Notes under the pieces: model-generated
Database searches by the model: none
Told to the model about the DNA's origin: nothing
The model's input: only the letters and a program-made list of their open reading frames with translations
NCBI GenBank assembly: GCA_041665005.1
Contig: JBAYJR010000001.1
Span: 4,727 to 68,726 of the forward strand
Reading direction: 5' to 3'
Source of the DNA: Candidatus Buchananbacteria bacterium
Lineage (GTDB): Bacteria; Patescibacteriota; Patescibacteriia; 2-01-FULL-39-33; JBAYJR01
DNA: 64,000 nt
Position numbers and translations under genes: made by a program
Part shown: one piece after another, positions 41,950 to 52,244 of the stretch
Layout: the number at the start of each line of letters is the position of its first letter
Position numbering within the stretch: position 1 is the stretch's first letter

Positions 41950-42810
41950 ATGGATGGCAATAGTCAAGTGCCCACTTGGCGGATTAATTTAAGCTTTTGG
42001 TATTTGAATCATCGCGCCGGATTAAAAAAAATCTTGGTTTATTTTTTGATTGGTCTGGATAGTTGTATTTTGGTAGCTTTGGCAATTTTGTTGGTTGTTT
42101 TGGCAATTTCGGAAAGGAATTACTTGGAACAGATGTCTTTGTTAAGATATAATCTGGTTAATTATCAAGCTTATCACGTGGCTCATCAACCCAAGGTTTT
42201 GCAATGGGGCGCTGTGCAAGTTTTGGGAGGCAAAAACAGCAAATATGATTTAGTAGCCGAAGTTTATAATCCCAATGAGGAGTGGGAGGCTTATGTAACC
42301 TATCAATTTTTATCCGGTGGCAATTTGTTAACTAAAAAAACTGCTTTTGTTTTACCGCAAGAGCGTAAAAGTATTTTTAGTTTGGGTGAAAAAATTACCA
42401 ACGCCCCCGAAGTTTCTTTTCAAATGATTAAGGTGGAGTGGCACAGGCGCGCTCAGGCCAAAGTTTGGCAAGACGAAAGACTACGTTTTACAATTACTGA
42501 TTTGACGGTTAATCGAGAAAACTATGGTTCTGATTTGGTTTTAACGGGAGTAAAATTTAAAGTTACCAATAATTCCATTTTCAATTTTTGGCAAGTGGGG
42601 TTTATTGTTAAATATGGCACCGGTGGTAGTTTGTCGGCGATTAATTATGTGGCCACTCAAGAATTAGCCAGCGGGCAGACTAAAGAAATCCAAACCAGTT
42701 GGTTAGGCAGTTTGCCGGCCGGGTTGGCGGCAGAGGTTACAGCCGAGGTTGATATTTTTGATGAGTCGGTTTACTATCAAACCCTAGAACCAGCTGGAGA
42801 ATTGAAATAA
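41950..42810 (+). CDS. Membrane-anchored hypothetical protein with beta-sandwich-like domains
   Basis: N-terminal TM helix; AEVYNPN and FKVTNNS Ig-like patterns. Confidence 0.7.
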   Translation: MDGNSQVPTWRINLSFWYLNHRAGLKKILVYFLIGLDSCILVALAILLVVLAISERNYLEQMSLLRYNLVNYQAYHVAHQPKVLQWGAVQVLGGKNSKYDLVAEVYNPNEEWEAYVTYQFLSGGNLLTKKTAFVLPQERKSIFSLGEKITNAPEVSFQMIKVEWHRRAQAKVWQDERLRFTITDLTVNRENYGSDLVLTGVKFKVTNNSIFNFWQVGFIVKYGTGGSLSAINYVATQELASGQTKEIQTSWLGSLPAGLAAEVTAEVDIFDESVYYQTLEPAGELK

Positions 42811-42922
42811 TAATAGCTTGAGAGCTAAACTGGCTGGCCGCCGGTTTTTTTATTGGTTAGAGTTATTGACAAATTAGGGATAATTTGTTAAAAATAAGAA
42901 AATTATAAAGGAGGTGACTTGC

Positions 42923-43408
42923 ATGAAATCTTCAAATTATTGTTTCCAGCTGGGTTGTCCAAATTCCTCAACTGGCTCCAATGGGATTGAAATGAGCTCT
43001 AGGTATTTTGGTAAACCAAATTTAGAGGCCCGTCAGTCTAGTTTGACGGAGTTAATTCCGACTAGAGGGGAATTGGGTGAATCGGCCGCCAAGATTACTT
43101 ATCATTTTAAAAATCAAGAAGATCGGGAGAGGTTCATGAAGGAGTTCCAAGACAAACATAATCGTTTGTTGGCTTTTTATCAAGCATTTATTTTGGGTAC
43201 CCCAGTTGAACAGCTGGGACACGCTATAAATTGTTTGGTAGCAGTTGAAATTTCTTTTCCCTTTTGCTCCGATCTTTGTGCTCAGGAATTTTTTAAGGAG
43301 CTGGATTTGAAACAACAATTCAGTAGGGTTTATACTTTACACCAAAACTGGATTGATCGCATTGGTAAAAAGAATAATCCCGATAGGAGGGGGGATTTTG
43401 TGGGGTAG
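42923..43408 (+). CDS. Hypothetical protein
   Basis: AAAGGAGG SD, own promoter and terminator. Confidence 0.6.
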   Translation: MKSSNYCFQLGCPNSSTGSNGIEMSSRYFGKPNLEARQSSLTELIPTRGELGESAAKITYHFKNQEDRERFMKEFQDKHNRLLAFYQAFILGTPVEQLGHAINCLVAVEISFPFCSDLCAQEFFKELDLKQQFSRVYTLHQNWIDRIGKKNNPDRRGDFVG

Positions 43409-43520
43409 AATATTTTAACTATTAGCCGCTGGTAAATTAAAAACCAGCGGTTTTTTTATGTACCATTGACAAAAGTCAGGATTGTTGCTATTATTGGTTG
43501 ATAAAAAGGAGGATTTTTCT

Positions 43521-43763
43521 ATGAAATGTCCATGCTGTAACAAAGGGGAATTGGTCAAGGGCAGCACAACCAGTGCTTGTTCGGCTGATTTCGTTAATTG
43601 TTCGGTTTGTGGGTTTAGTGTCCACAAATCATTTTTGGCTGATCCAATTTCGGCAGCCAAAAGAGTCCAGGAGTATAAAGATTCCTTGACCAAAAAAATC
43701 GCTGCGGGCCAGGTGGCCCAGCAGAGGCTGGAAAGTATTGATACTTTTCAGATTGAAGAATAG
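43521..43763 (+). CDS. Zinc-ribbon-like small protein
   Basis: MKCPCC...CSVCG; AAGGAGG SD. Confidence 0.65.
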   Translation: MKCPCCNKGELVKGSTTSACSADFVNCSVCGFSVHKSFLADPISAAKRVQEYKDSLTKKIAAGQVAQQRLESIDTFQIEE

Positions 43764-43880
43764 AATCAAAAAATAGCCCAAGTTGAAAGATACTTGGGTT
43801 TTTTATTTGGTTATATTCTCTAAAATAATCCTTTATTTTGGGGGTCTTGACAGGTTTTGGCTAGATGGTTTATAATGACA

Positions 43881-43907
43881 TTAGCACTCTAAAGCTTTGA
43901 GTGCTAA
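43881..43907 (+). promoter_or_regulatory. CIRCE operator
   Basis: Perfect TTAGCACTC-N9-GAGTGCTAA just after the TTGACA(43847)/TATAAT(43871) promoter. Confidence 0.97.
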
Positions 43908-43919
43908 TTAGTAAAACCC

Positions 43920-44642
43920 TTGAATTTAAAGGATATGGAAGCAAGATTGCAAAATTTATTACGTTATATTATTAAAGAATACATTGCCACGGCCGAGCCA
44001 GTTGGTTCGCAAGTTATGGTTAAAAAGTATTTTAAAGAATTAAGTCCGGCGACGATTCGTAATGATATGGCGGAGCTAGAAAGCCAGGCATTGATTTTTC
44101 AGCCTCATATTTCGGCTGGCCGGTTGCCGACCGAAGATGGCTGGCAGTATTATTTAAAAAATTTGGTCGCTAATAAAGAAGTGACGGCGGAGGTAAAGAA
44201 AGATTTAAAGCAGTTGCTGGCCAGGGTTAAATCCGAAAAAGAAGTTGGTTTAAAAGATTTAGCCAAGCATTTAGCGGAAGTTAGTCAAAATGCTATTTTA
44301 GTTGGTTTCGGTCCGCACGACGTTTATTATACTGGTTTGGCCAATTTATTTTCTCAGCCAGAATTTAGCCGTCAAGAGGTGGTTTATAATGTTTCTATGG
44401 TGATTGACCATTTTGATGATACGATGAGTAAGGTGTTTGGTCGAGTTGCTAGTCAAGTACAGATTTTAGCTGGACAAGAAAATCCTTTTAGTGAAGCCTG
44501 CGGGATGATTTTGGGTCGCTATCAATTAGTTGGCCAGTCAGCCGGTGTATTGGGAGTTTTAGGCCCAGTTAGAATGGATTATGATCGTAATTTAGCTTTA
44601 ATCAAATTTGTTTTGCAAAATTTAAATCCTGAGATTAATTAA
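43920..44642 (+). CDS. hrcA: Heat-inducible transcription repressor (short form)
   Basis: EPVGS, SPATIRNDM, PHISAGRLPT, LGPVRMDY; CIRCE upstream. Confidence 0.92.
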   Translation: MNLKDMEARLQNLLRYIIKEYIATAEPVGSQVMVKKYFKELSPATIRNDMAELESQALIFQPHISAGRLPTEDGWQYYLKNLVANKEVTAEVKKDLKQLLARVKSEKEVGLKDLAKHLAEVSQNAILVGFGPHDVYYTGLANLFSQPEFSRQEVVYNVSMVIDHFDDTMSKVFGRVASQVQILAGQENPFSEACGMILGRYQLVGQSAGVLGVLGPVRMDYDRNLALIKFVLQNLNPEIN

Positions 44643-44645
44643 TTT

Positions 44646-45182
44646 ATGAATTTAAACGATTCCACCACTGATCAATTGGATGATTCAGAACAAATTTCTG
44701 ATCAGGCTGATTTAGTTAGCCAGTTGGCGCAATTAAAACAAGACTTGGCTTTAGCGCAAAAGCAAGCTGACGAACATTTGGCTGGTTGGCAACGGGCGCG
44801 AGCGGATTATGCTAATTTAAAAAAAGAAACAGAAAAAAGACAAGGAGAAATGATTCAGTTTGCTAATGCTTCTTTACTGGCGCAATTATTGCCGGTTTAC
44901 GATAATTTGAAAGTAGCCTGGCAACATTTGCCCGAAGAAAGAAAGGGTGATGAATGGGTGAAAGGGCTAGAGCAAATTAAAAACCAGTTTAAAGATTTTT
45001 TTGCTAAATTAGGCATTACCGAAATTAAGACTTTGGGTGAGCCGTTTAATCCCGAATTTCATGAGGCGGTAGCGATGGAAGAAAAGCCGGGAGTTAGTCA
45101 ACAGATTATTGAAGAGTTAAAACCGGGATATTTATTACATAATCAGGTGTTGGTTCCGGCTAAAGTAAAAATTATAAAGTAA
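44646..45182 (+). CDS. grpE: Nucleotide exchange factor GrpE
   Basis: RARADYAN, FNPEFHEA, GYLL..VLVPAKV. Confidence 0.93.
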   Translation: MNLNDSTTDQLDDSEQISDQADLVSQLAQLKQDLALAQKQADEHLAGWQRARADYANLKKETEKRQGEMIQFANASLLAQLLPVYDNLKVAWQHLPEERKGDEWVKGLEQIKNQFKDFFAKLGITEIKTLGEPFNPEFHEAVAMEEKPGVSQQIIEELKPGYLLHNQVLVPAKVKIIK

Positions 45183-45228
45183 GCGCTTTTGCAAATTTGC
45201 AAAAGTTTAATAAATAATTAACAAAAAT

Positions 45229-45654
45229 ATGGCAATTGTTAGATGGACTCCGTCAATTGAGCCCTGGGACGAAATTGACAAAGCCTGGGACAATATGTTG
45301 ACTTGGCCTCGTTTGGAGGCTTTTGTGCCCGCTGTTAATGTTTATCAAACTAAAGATTGTGTGATGGTAGAAACCGCCTTAGCCGGTATTAATCCGGATA
45401 AAGTGGATATTGCGATTGAGAATGGTATTTTGACTATTAAAGGGCAGCAAGAAAAAAAGAGTGAAGTGGAAGAAAAAAATTATTATCGCAAAGAAATTAG
45501 AACCGGTAGTTTTCACCGAACGATTGCTTTGCCTACTTCCGTAATTGGTGAAAAGGCAGAAGCGGTATTTGATAAAGGTTTATTGACCATTAAAATTCCT
45601 AAGGCAGTTGAAGCAAAGCTTAAAAGTATCAAGATTAAGGTTAATAAAAAATAA
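45229..45654 (+). CDS. Hsp20/alpha-crystallin protein
   Basis: EIRTGSFHRTIALP, GLLTIKIPK. Confidence 0.92.
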   Translation: MAIVRWTPSIEPWDEIDKAWDNMLTWPRLEAFVPAVNVYQTKDCVMVETALAGINPDKVDIAIENGILTIKGQQEKKSEVEEKNYYRKEIRTGSFHRTIALPTSVIGEKAEAVFDKGLLTIKIPKAVEAKLKSIKIKVNKK

Positions 45655-45725
45655 AAAGCCGCCCCGGCTAGAATAACCGGGGCAGTTGAAATGGGTAGAA
45701 AAAATTTTTTGTCTATCCGTTACAG

Positions 45726-46076
45726 CTAAACTAGTTTTTTGGGATTAAGTAAGTCAAGACACAGCATGTCCTTTTCAAAACGTACAAGATATTTTTTTAG
45801 CTGCTGAATAGTGTTGTTAATTTTAGTTTGAGTCTTTGGATCCTTATTTTCGGCGGATTCTTGTAGATAACTAATGATTAAGTCCTTGCTTTCTTTTGCT
45901 GGCTTGCTCATTAAAAAAAGTTTTTCTTCATAAGCGAGGGGGCGCCTGATATCACCTAAAGCAGTGTTGTTTTCTTCAGAGATTTCGCCAAAAGTTTGCA
46001 AAAAATAAGAGCCGAGCTCGTATAGGCCGGTTTCCTTTAAAGCGCTAGCATATTCAATATTTGAGGGTTTTTTCAT
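45726..46076 (-). CDS. Hypothetical protein
   Basis: 116-aa ORF with an upstream TTGACT promoter on the - strand. Confidence 0.55.
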   Translation of the reverse strand: MKKPSNIEYASALKETGLYELGSYFLQTFGEISEENNTALGDIRRPLAYEEKLFLMSKPAKESKDLIISYLQESAENKDPKTQTKINNTIQQLKKYLVRFEKDMLCLDLLNPKKLV

Positions 46077-46196
46077 AAGTTTGTTGGTTAATTATTACTA
46101 GTTTAAAGTGTAGCGCTTTTATTTCAGTTAGTCAAAATATTGTTCTTTAAAAAAGCACTGAACAAATTTGTCCAGTGCTGAGTCAAAAACGGTTTT

Positions 46197-46505
46197 TTAC
46201 ACCCGAGCCGGCAAGTTGATCTTTTGGTAAATAAGATCAATTAGCTTCGACCAAGTGACATGGCTCCAAAATATTTCTTGATCTGAGGAATCTAGCTTAA
46301 TTTCAAAAATCAGCTCAATATCATCCTGTAGTTCTATTAGGGCTAATGAGTCTAAACCCAAATCAATTAGGGTAGTCTCTGGTAAAATTTGGCGCTGGTC
46401 AATAGGATTGTTTTTGAAAAGTTCGTCCTGTTTGGGGAGTTTGTCGGTCAGTAATCTAATTAGTTCTTTTTCGATTTCTTGTTTTGTAGAATAGGTCATA
46501 ATCAT
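46197..46505 (-). CDS. Acyl carrier protein-like (phosphopantetheine-binding) protein
   Basis: DLGLDSLALIEL...IELIFEI motif; AAGGAGG SD; own promoter. Confidence 0.75.
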   Translation of the reverse strand: MIMTYSTKQEIEKELIRLLTDKLPKQDELFKNNPIDQRQILPETTLIDLGLDSLALIELQDDIELIFEIKLDSSDQEIFWSHVTWSKLIDLIYQKINLPARV

Positions 46506-46609
46506 ACCTCCTTTTGCTTTGTTTTAAAGCTTAGTCCTAATTTAAAAATTTGTCAAAATTAAATAAGCAACTAATTTAATAATAAATTAAAAAATAATTA
46601 AGAAAATTT

Positions 46610-46740
46610 ATGAGTAAAATTATTGGTACCCCATACCTTTTTCGAAGAGAGTACTATTAAGAGGTGTCTTGGTTCCTCGGAATCGGCTTCGCCTTACTAT
46701 TACTAAAGAGTTGGCCGATTTTGAAAAAAGGTACGGGGCG
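46610..46740 (+). other. Duplicated dnaK start (16-aa ORF) plus large inverted-repeat structure
   Basis: ATGAGTAAAATTATTGG (MSKIIG..) at 46610; CCCCATACCTTTTT pairs with AAAAAGGTACGGGG. Confidence 0.7.
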
Positions 46741-46797
46741 AGCGAAAATTTATAGAGGCAAAGTTAATAATATTAAATAATAATAAACTAAAAGACT

Positions 46798-48738
46798 ATG
46801 AGTAAAATAATTGGGATTGATTTGGGAACCACCAATTCCGCAGTGGCGGTAATTGAAGGTGGAGTGCCAAAAATTTTAGAAAATGCGGAAGGCGCGCGTA
46901 CTACGCCGTCGGTGGTGGCAATTTCTAAAACTGGCGAACGTTTAGTTGGTCAATTAGCTAAACGTCAAGCGGTGGTTAATCCGGAAAACACTCTTTATTC
47001 CATTAAGCGTTTAATTGGTCGGCGTTGGGAAGACCCCGAAGTGCAACGTGACTTAAAAGTAGCGCCTTATAAAATTGTACAATCCGGAGTGGGAGTTAAA
47101 ATTTTAATGAACGGCAAAGAATATACACCGCAAGAAGTTTCGGCGATGATTTTGCAAAAGATTAAGGCGGATGCGGAAAGTCGTTTGGGTGATAAAGTGA
47201 CCGAAGCCGTAATTACGGTGCCGGCTTATTTTGATGATGCGCAACGTCAGGCCACTAAAGAAGCAGGAGAAATTGCCGGCTTAACTGTCAAACGGATTAT
47301 TAACGAACCAACCGCCGCCGCTTTGGCTTATGGTTTTGATAAGAAAAAAGATCAACAAATTGCCGTTTATGATTTGGGTGGTGGAACTTTTGATATTTCT
47401 ATTTTAAATGTTACGGCCGACACCGTGGAAGTGCAGGCGACTAATGGTGATACTCATTTAGGTGGCGATGATTTTGATCAAAAATTGATTAATTGGATAA
47501 TTGAAACATTCCGTAAAGAAACCGGCATAAATTTGGCCAGTGATCCTTTGGCTTTGCAGCGCGTTAAAGAAGCGGCCGAAAAAGCCAAGATTGAATTGTC
47601 CACAGCGATGGAAACAGAAATTAATCAGCCGTTCATTACCACTGACGCCACGGGGCCAAAACATTTGTTGATTAAATTATCACGAGCCAAGTTAGAAGAA
47701 TTGGTTGGTGAATTAGTGCAAGCTACTTTGGAGCCAGTTAAAAAGGCTTTAAATGATGCTGGTTTAAAAGTTTCAGATATTGATGAAGTAGTAATGGTTG
47801 GCGGTATGACTAGAATGCCTTTGGTGATGCAAACAGTAGAAAAGTTTTTTAGCAAGAAACCAAATATTTCGGTTAATCCGGATGAAGTAGTCGCCTTAGG
47901 GGCCGCGGTACAAGCCGGGGTTTTGCAAGGCGAAGTACGTGATGTTTTATTGTTGGATGTTACGCCGTTAACTCTGGGAATTGAAACTTTGGGTGGCGTG
48001 GCTACGCCGTTGATTGAAAGAAACACCACTATTCCTACTTCCAAGGCTCAAGTATTTTCTACGGCGGCTGATAATCAAACTTCAGTAGAGATCCATATTT
48101 TGCAAGGTGAACGGCCAATGGCTGGTGATAACAAAACTTTAGGTCGCTTTATTTTGGATGGCATTCCGCCAGCGCCTCGGGGTATGCCACAAGTAGAAGT
48201 AGCTTTTGATTTGGATGCCAACGGCATTTTGAATGTCAAAGCCAAAGATAAGGCCACTAACAAAGAACAGCATATCACCATTACGGCTTCTACCGGTTTG
48301 TCAAAAGAGGAAGTGGAAAAAATGAAAAAGGATGCGGAATTACACGCCGAAGAAGATAAGACTAAAAAAGAATTAATTGAGCAGAAAAATTTAGCGGAAA
48401 ATTTAATTTTTACGGCAGAAAAAGCTTTAAAAGACGCAGGCGATAAAGTAACGCCGGAATTACGTAAAGAGGTAATGGATAAAATTGAAGATTTAAAGAA
48501 AGTAAAAGATGGTTCTGATAAAGAATTGATTAAAACCAATTTTCAAGGTTTGTCCGAAACTTTGCAAAAAATTGGTCAAGCAATGTATGCTCAGAGTCAG
48601 CAACCAGGCGCTACCTCGGCCGGCCAAGCCGATCAACAGGCTGGTGGTGAACCCGGTGGTCAAACCGAACAGCCAGCCGGTAATGATCAGGCCAAAACTG
48701 GTACGGTTGAAGGGGAATACGAAGAAGTAAAAAAGTAA
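46798..48738 (+). CDS. dnaK: Chaperone DnaK
   Basis: [24 protein letters not shown]. Confidence 0.98.
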   Translation: MSKIIGIDLGTTNSAVAVIEGGVPKILENAEGARTTPSVVAISKTGERLVGQLAKRQAVVNPENTLYSIKRLIGRRWEDPEVQRDLKVAPYKIVQSGVGVKILMNGKEYTPQEVSAMILQKIKADAESRLGDKVTEAVITVPAYFDDAQRQATKEAGEIAGLTVKRIINEPTAAALAYGFDKKKDQQIAVYDLGGGTFDISILNVTADTVEVQATNGDTHLGGDDFDQKLINWIIETFRKETGINLASDPLALQRVKEAAEKAKIELSTAMETEINQPFITTDATGPKHLLIKLSRAKLEELVGELVQATLEPVKKALNDAGLKVSDIDEVVMVGGMTRMPLVMQTVEKFFSKKPNISVNPDEVVALGAAVQAGVLQGEVRDVLLLDVTPLTLGIETLGGVATPLIERNTTIPTSKAQVFSTAADNQTSVEIHILQGERPMAGDNKTLGRFILDGIPPAPRGMPQVEVAFDLDANGILNVKAKDKATNKEQHITITASTGLSKEEVEKMKKDAELHAEEDKTKKELIEQKNLAENLIFTAEKALKDAGDKVTPELRKEVMDKIEDLKKVKDGSDKELIKTNFQGLSETLQKIGQAMYAQSQQPGATSAGQADQQAGGEPGGQTEQPAGNDQAKTGTVEGEYEEVKK

Positions 48739-48788
48739 TTATTAACTCAGTAGAGGCGGGTTTTGACCCGCCTCTTGGGTTGTAAAAT

Positions 48789-49340
48789 ATGAAAAAAGAT
48801 ATTGTTAAGGCCGCCAAAGAATATATGAAGCGGCAGACGAAAAAAAATCGGGCGCCAGCCTGGGCTTTGACAAAAATAGCCGTTAGCAAGGCCAAAGAGT
48901 TATTTAAGTGCTATGCGGTTGATAAAAAGGTGGTTTTGACGGCTTTGTATTTAGCTCATTTACAGTTTGGTGAACAATTAAGGCAACAAAAAAATCATGA
49001 TTTTAAAAGTGCCAAATTAGCGGCTAACTTTTTAGAAAAGTTTTTGGTTGATAAAAGTTTTAAAGCTAAAGTATTAAATGCCATTAAGGCCCATCATAAT
49101 AAAATTAAAACTAGATCTTTGGAGGCTGAAGTTGTAAAGAATGCTGAAGCTTTTAAGTTTTTAACTTTGGCCGGGGTTAAGATTATGTATCAGGAGGCAC
49201 TAAGGCGCGGGTATGGTACAAAAGAAGCAAAAGATTACGCTTTGTTAAAGATGAGACAAAAATACCAATTAGTTACCTTGCCTTGTTGTAAAAAAGAAGC
49301 CTTTAAAAATCGTCAATTAATAATTAAATTTTTTAAATAA
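48789..49340 (+). CDS. Degenerate HD-domain-like protein
   Basis: Helical pattern ALYLAH..H..SA..A..FL..AIKAHH..LEAEVVKNAEA with the catalytic Asp residues apparently lost. Confidence 0.5.
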   Translation: MKKDIVKAAKEYMKRQTKKNRAPAWALTKIAVSKAKELFKCYAVDKKVVLTALYLAHLQFGEQLRQQKNHDFKSAKLAANFLEKFLVDKSFKAKVLNAIKAHHNKIKTRSLEAEVVKNAEAFKFLTLAGVKIMYQEALRRGYGTKEAKDYALLKMRQKYQLVTLPCCKKEAFKNRQLIIKFFK

Positions 49341-49346
49341 ATTTTT

Positions 49347-49640
49347 ATGACACAACCAAATCAACCAAACCAAGAAATAAAAATTCAAGACGCTTTAGCG
49401 GGTGCGGAATATGCTAATGCGATGCAGATTAGCCACAATAAAGAGGAATTTTATCTGAATTTTTTTAACATTGCTCCACCAACTGGCCGAGTTTGTGCTA
49501 AAATAATTACTAACCCCGGTCATCTTAAACGGATGATCGCCGCTTTGCAAGATAATTTAAAAAAATACGAAGCACAATTTGGGGTGGTAACCGAAGCGGA
49601 ATCTTCTTTAGACAAGGAAATTGGGTTTAAAACGAGTTAA
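49347..49640 (+). CDS. DUF3467-family protein
   Basis: YANAMQISHNKEEFYLNF, LQDNLKKYE. Confidence 0.75.
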   Translation: MTQPNQPNQEIKIQDALAGAEYANAMQISHNKEEFYLNFFNIAPPTGRVCAKIITNPGHLKRMIAALQDNLKKYEAQFGVVTEAESSLDKEIGFKTS

Positions 49641-49714
49641 TTCAAAATTGAAAATTCAAAAGGCAAAATTTAGGTTGTCATTTTAATTTTTGATTTTTAC
49701 CTTTTACTTTTACT

Positions 49715-50848
49715 ATGTCCCGTGATTATTACGAAGTTTTGGGTGTTACCAAAAACGCCACTCAAGACGAAGTCAAAAAAGCTTTTCACAAGCTAGCCCA
49801 TCAACACCACCCGGATAAAAAAGGTGGTAATGAGGCCAAGTTTAAAGAAATCAACGAAGCTTACCAAGTTTTGAGTAATGTTTCAAAACGCCAACAATAT
49901 GATCAGTTCGGCGCTAATTTTGGTAGTGGTAACCAAGGTGGTTCCGGTGGTGGCGGTTTTTCCTGGCAAGATTTTTCGCGCGCCCAGCAACAGTCAGGTG
50001 GTTTTGGCGGTGGCAATCCTTTTGGTGATGGGGCGCAATTTGATTTTGGAGACTTGGGTGACGTTTTTTCCGATTTTTTTGGTTTTAGCAATCAGGGTGG
50101 CGGTCGCGGTAAAAAACAAACACCCAAAGGTCGGGACATGCAAGTGCAAATTAGTTTGCCGTTTATTGAAGCGGTTTTTGGCGTGGAAAAAACTTTTGAT
50201 TTACCAAAAAATGTTAATTGTGAGCATTGCGCGGGTAGTGGCGCGGAGCCGGGTAGCAAAGTAAAAACTTGCCCGACTTGTGGCGGCCAAGGCCGAGTGG
50301 GTAGGATTCAACGGACAATTTTAGGCAATTTTCAGGCTTATGCGGTTTGTGATGCTTGTCAGGGCGAAGGTGTACAAATTGAAAAAAAATGTGTCCAGTG
50401 CCATGGAGTGGGAGTGGTTAGAGAAACTAAAAAAATTAAGGTTAAAATTCCGGCGGGAATTTCTACAGGACAATCCATTCATTTGCCACACGAAGGGGAA
50501 GCGGTGGGTAAAAAAGGCCAGCCGGGGGATTTGTATATTTTAGTACAAGTGGAAGCGGATCCGAGATTTAACCGTCAGGGAGATGATATTTATTCAAAAA
50601 TTAATTTAAATATTATTCAGGCGACTTTGGGCGATAAAATAGAAATAGAGACCGTTGATGGTCCGATTAAATTAACTATTCCCGAAGGCACGCAAGCTGG
50701 CACTATTTTTCGTTTGGCGGGTAAGGGGGTGCCAAAATTAAAAAGGTTTGGCCGCGGGGATCATTTAGTGGAAACGGTAGTTAAAGTGCCCAAGCATTTA
50801 AATCGTCGGCAACGCGAGCTACTTGAAGAATTTAAAAAAGTGGAGTAA
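49715..50848 (+). CDS. dnaJ: Chaperone DnaJ
   Basis: J-domain HPD, G/F region, four CxxCxGxG repeats. Confidence 0.97.
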   Translation: MSRDYYEVLGVTKNATQDEVKKAFHKLAHQHHPDKKGGNEAKFKEINEAYQVLSNVSKRQQYDQFGANFGSGNQGGSGGGGFSWQDFSRAQQQSGGFGGGNPFGDGAQFDFGDLGDVFSDFFGFSNQGGGRGKKQTPKGRDMQVQISLPFIEAVFGVEKTFDLPKNVNCEHCAGSGAEPGSKVKTCPTCGGQGRVGRIQRTILGNFQAYAVCDACQGEGVQIEKKCVQCHGVGVVRETKKIKVKIPAGISTGQSIHLPHEGEAVGKKGQPGDLYILVQVEADPRFNRQGDDIYSKINLNIIQATLGDKIEIETVDGPIKLTIPEGTQAGTIFRLAGKGVPKLKRFGRGDHLVETVVKVPKHLNRRQRELLEEFKKVE

Positions 50849-50878
50849 ATTTTTTATTTTTTTATATTATTAAACTTT

Positions 50879-51736
50879 ATGAGTATTAATAGTGAGTTGA
50901 TTAAAAGATTTGCACTTTTTGCTATAGCGCCAGTTTTGCTAGTATTATTTCCAATCATAGTTACTTTCTATATTTTTAATTTTCCCGTGATGCTTTTGGA
51001 GGAGACCTCAGGTCTTTTAAGGGTTAATACAAAACAATTAGAGTTTGTAAAAAATGATTTTTTATCTAAAGGTAATATCTTAAATGTTTTATCAAAGAGT
51101 AATATTGTAAGTGAATCTATGCCCTACAATCTTTATGTTTACGTTAGTAAATCTGGAATAGCTAGTGTTCACGACGGTAGCGTTGTTGAATGCGGTTATG
51201 ATGGTGTAACTACTACCCCAGTATACTCAAAAGAAAAAATACTTTCAAGGAATATTAGAATTAAGGATATTGATAAAGTCGCTGAAAAAATTTGGTGTTC
51301 TAGTACTTATACTTGTCGTTCAATGTTTTGTGATTGGGGGGGTGTGCAAAATCTACCCTCGGCATCCTCTAGTAATTATTTTTCACTATCAACATCAACA
51401 TATCAAATATATTTGAACGCGAGTTCTACGGGTCGTCTCGCTGAATTATTCGGGTCAGTGACATCCTCTTCGGATCATTTTTTTTGGTCGACATCAACAT
51501 ATCAAATAGATTTGAATGCGAGTTCTACGAGTTGGTGGAGTGGGCGTGATAATTATAAAACTATTTCTGACAATAACAAGCAAAAAATAAAAGTTATACT
51601 TAGACCATCTTCTTTATTTGCATGGGTGCTAGTTTATTTATTGAGCGTGTTAATAAATTTGGCTATTTTGAAGTTAATCAAGGAAGTAACTTACATAATC
51701 AAGATTGGTATTGTTAAATACATAATAAAAGAGTAA
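50879..51736 (+). CDS. Hypothetical membrane protein with an internal repeat
   Basis: TM helices at both ends; STSTYQIxLNASST occurs twice. Confidence 0.65.
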   Translation: MSINSELIKRFALFAIAPVLLVLFPIIVTFYIFNFPVMLLEETSGLLRVNTKQLEFVKNDFLSKGNILNVLSKSNIVSESMPYNLYVYVSKSGIASVHDGSVVECGYDGVTTTPVYSKEKILSRNIRIKDIDKVAEKIWCSSTYTCRSMFCDWGGVQNLPSASSSNYFSLSTSTYQIYLNASSTGRLAELFGSVTSSSDHFFWSTSTYQIDLNASSTSWWSGRDNYKTISDNNKQKIKVILRPSSLFAWVLVYLLSVLINLAILKLIKEVTYIIKIGIVKYIIKE

Positions 51737-51752
51737 TATTTATTTTAATTTT

Positions 51753-51824
51753 GCCGCCATCGTCTAGTGGTTAGGACGCTAGGTTCTCATCCTGGTAACA
51801 GGGGTTCGATTCCCCTTGGCGGTA
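51753..51824 (+). tRNA. tRNA-Glu (CTC), CCA not encoded
   Basis: Acceptor stem GCCGCCA/TGGCGGT, anticodon loop TTCTCAT, T-loop GGTTCGATTCC. Confidence 0.93.
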
Positions 51825-51907
51825 CAATATATTTATAGTGTTAAGAGGTATAATCTGTTTATTGGTTAAATAAATTAAAAATCATGTGCATCAAAGGAGG
51901 TGCGATT

Positions 51908-52117
51908 ATGAGTGCTGTCACAGTTAACGGTGTAATAGTTCGGTATTTTGATCCGTCAAACGGTAAGGATGCTAGGGATTGTTATAACCCCAATTGTAAC
52001 ACAAATGATCCCTTAGTTGACTATTTAATGGTGGGAAGATTGATGATAGAAACTTGTGAAAGGCATCAAACTGGCTTAGCGGAAGCTAAGAAAGTTCTTG
52101 AGGCCGCTCAAAAATAA
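51908..52117 (+). CDS. Small hypothetical protein
   Basis: AAAGGAGG SD before the ATG at 51908; CYNPNC..CERH; terminator after the stop. Confidence 0.6.
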   Translation: MSAVTVNGVIVRYFDPSNGKDARDCYNPNCNTNDPLVDYLMVGRLMIETCERHQTGLAEAKKVLEAAQK

Positions 52118-52244
52118 ACTAAACAAAAACCATCAGCGGAAGGCATTAAAGTCTTCCGCTTTTTTATTTTTTAAAAAATCTGCTATAATGTTTAGGCACC
52201 TCAAAACTTGGGGCGCAATTTTTTACTCTTAAAAACAAAATCAC

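Noticed and set aside
51753-52160. Prophage or island integrated at tRNA-Glu
   Set aside because: No integrase and no duplicated tRNA 3' end found in the window.
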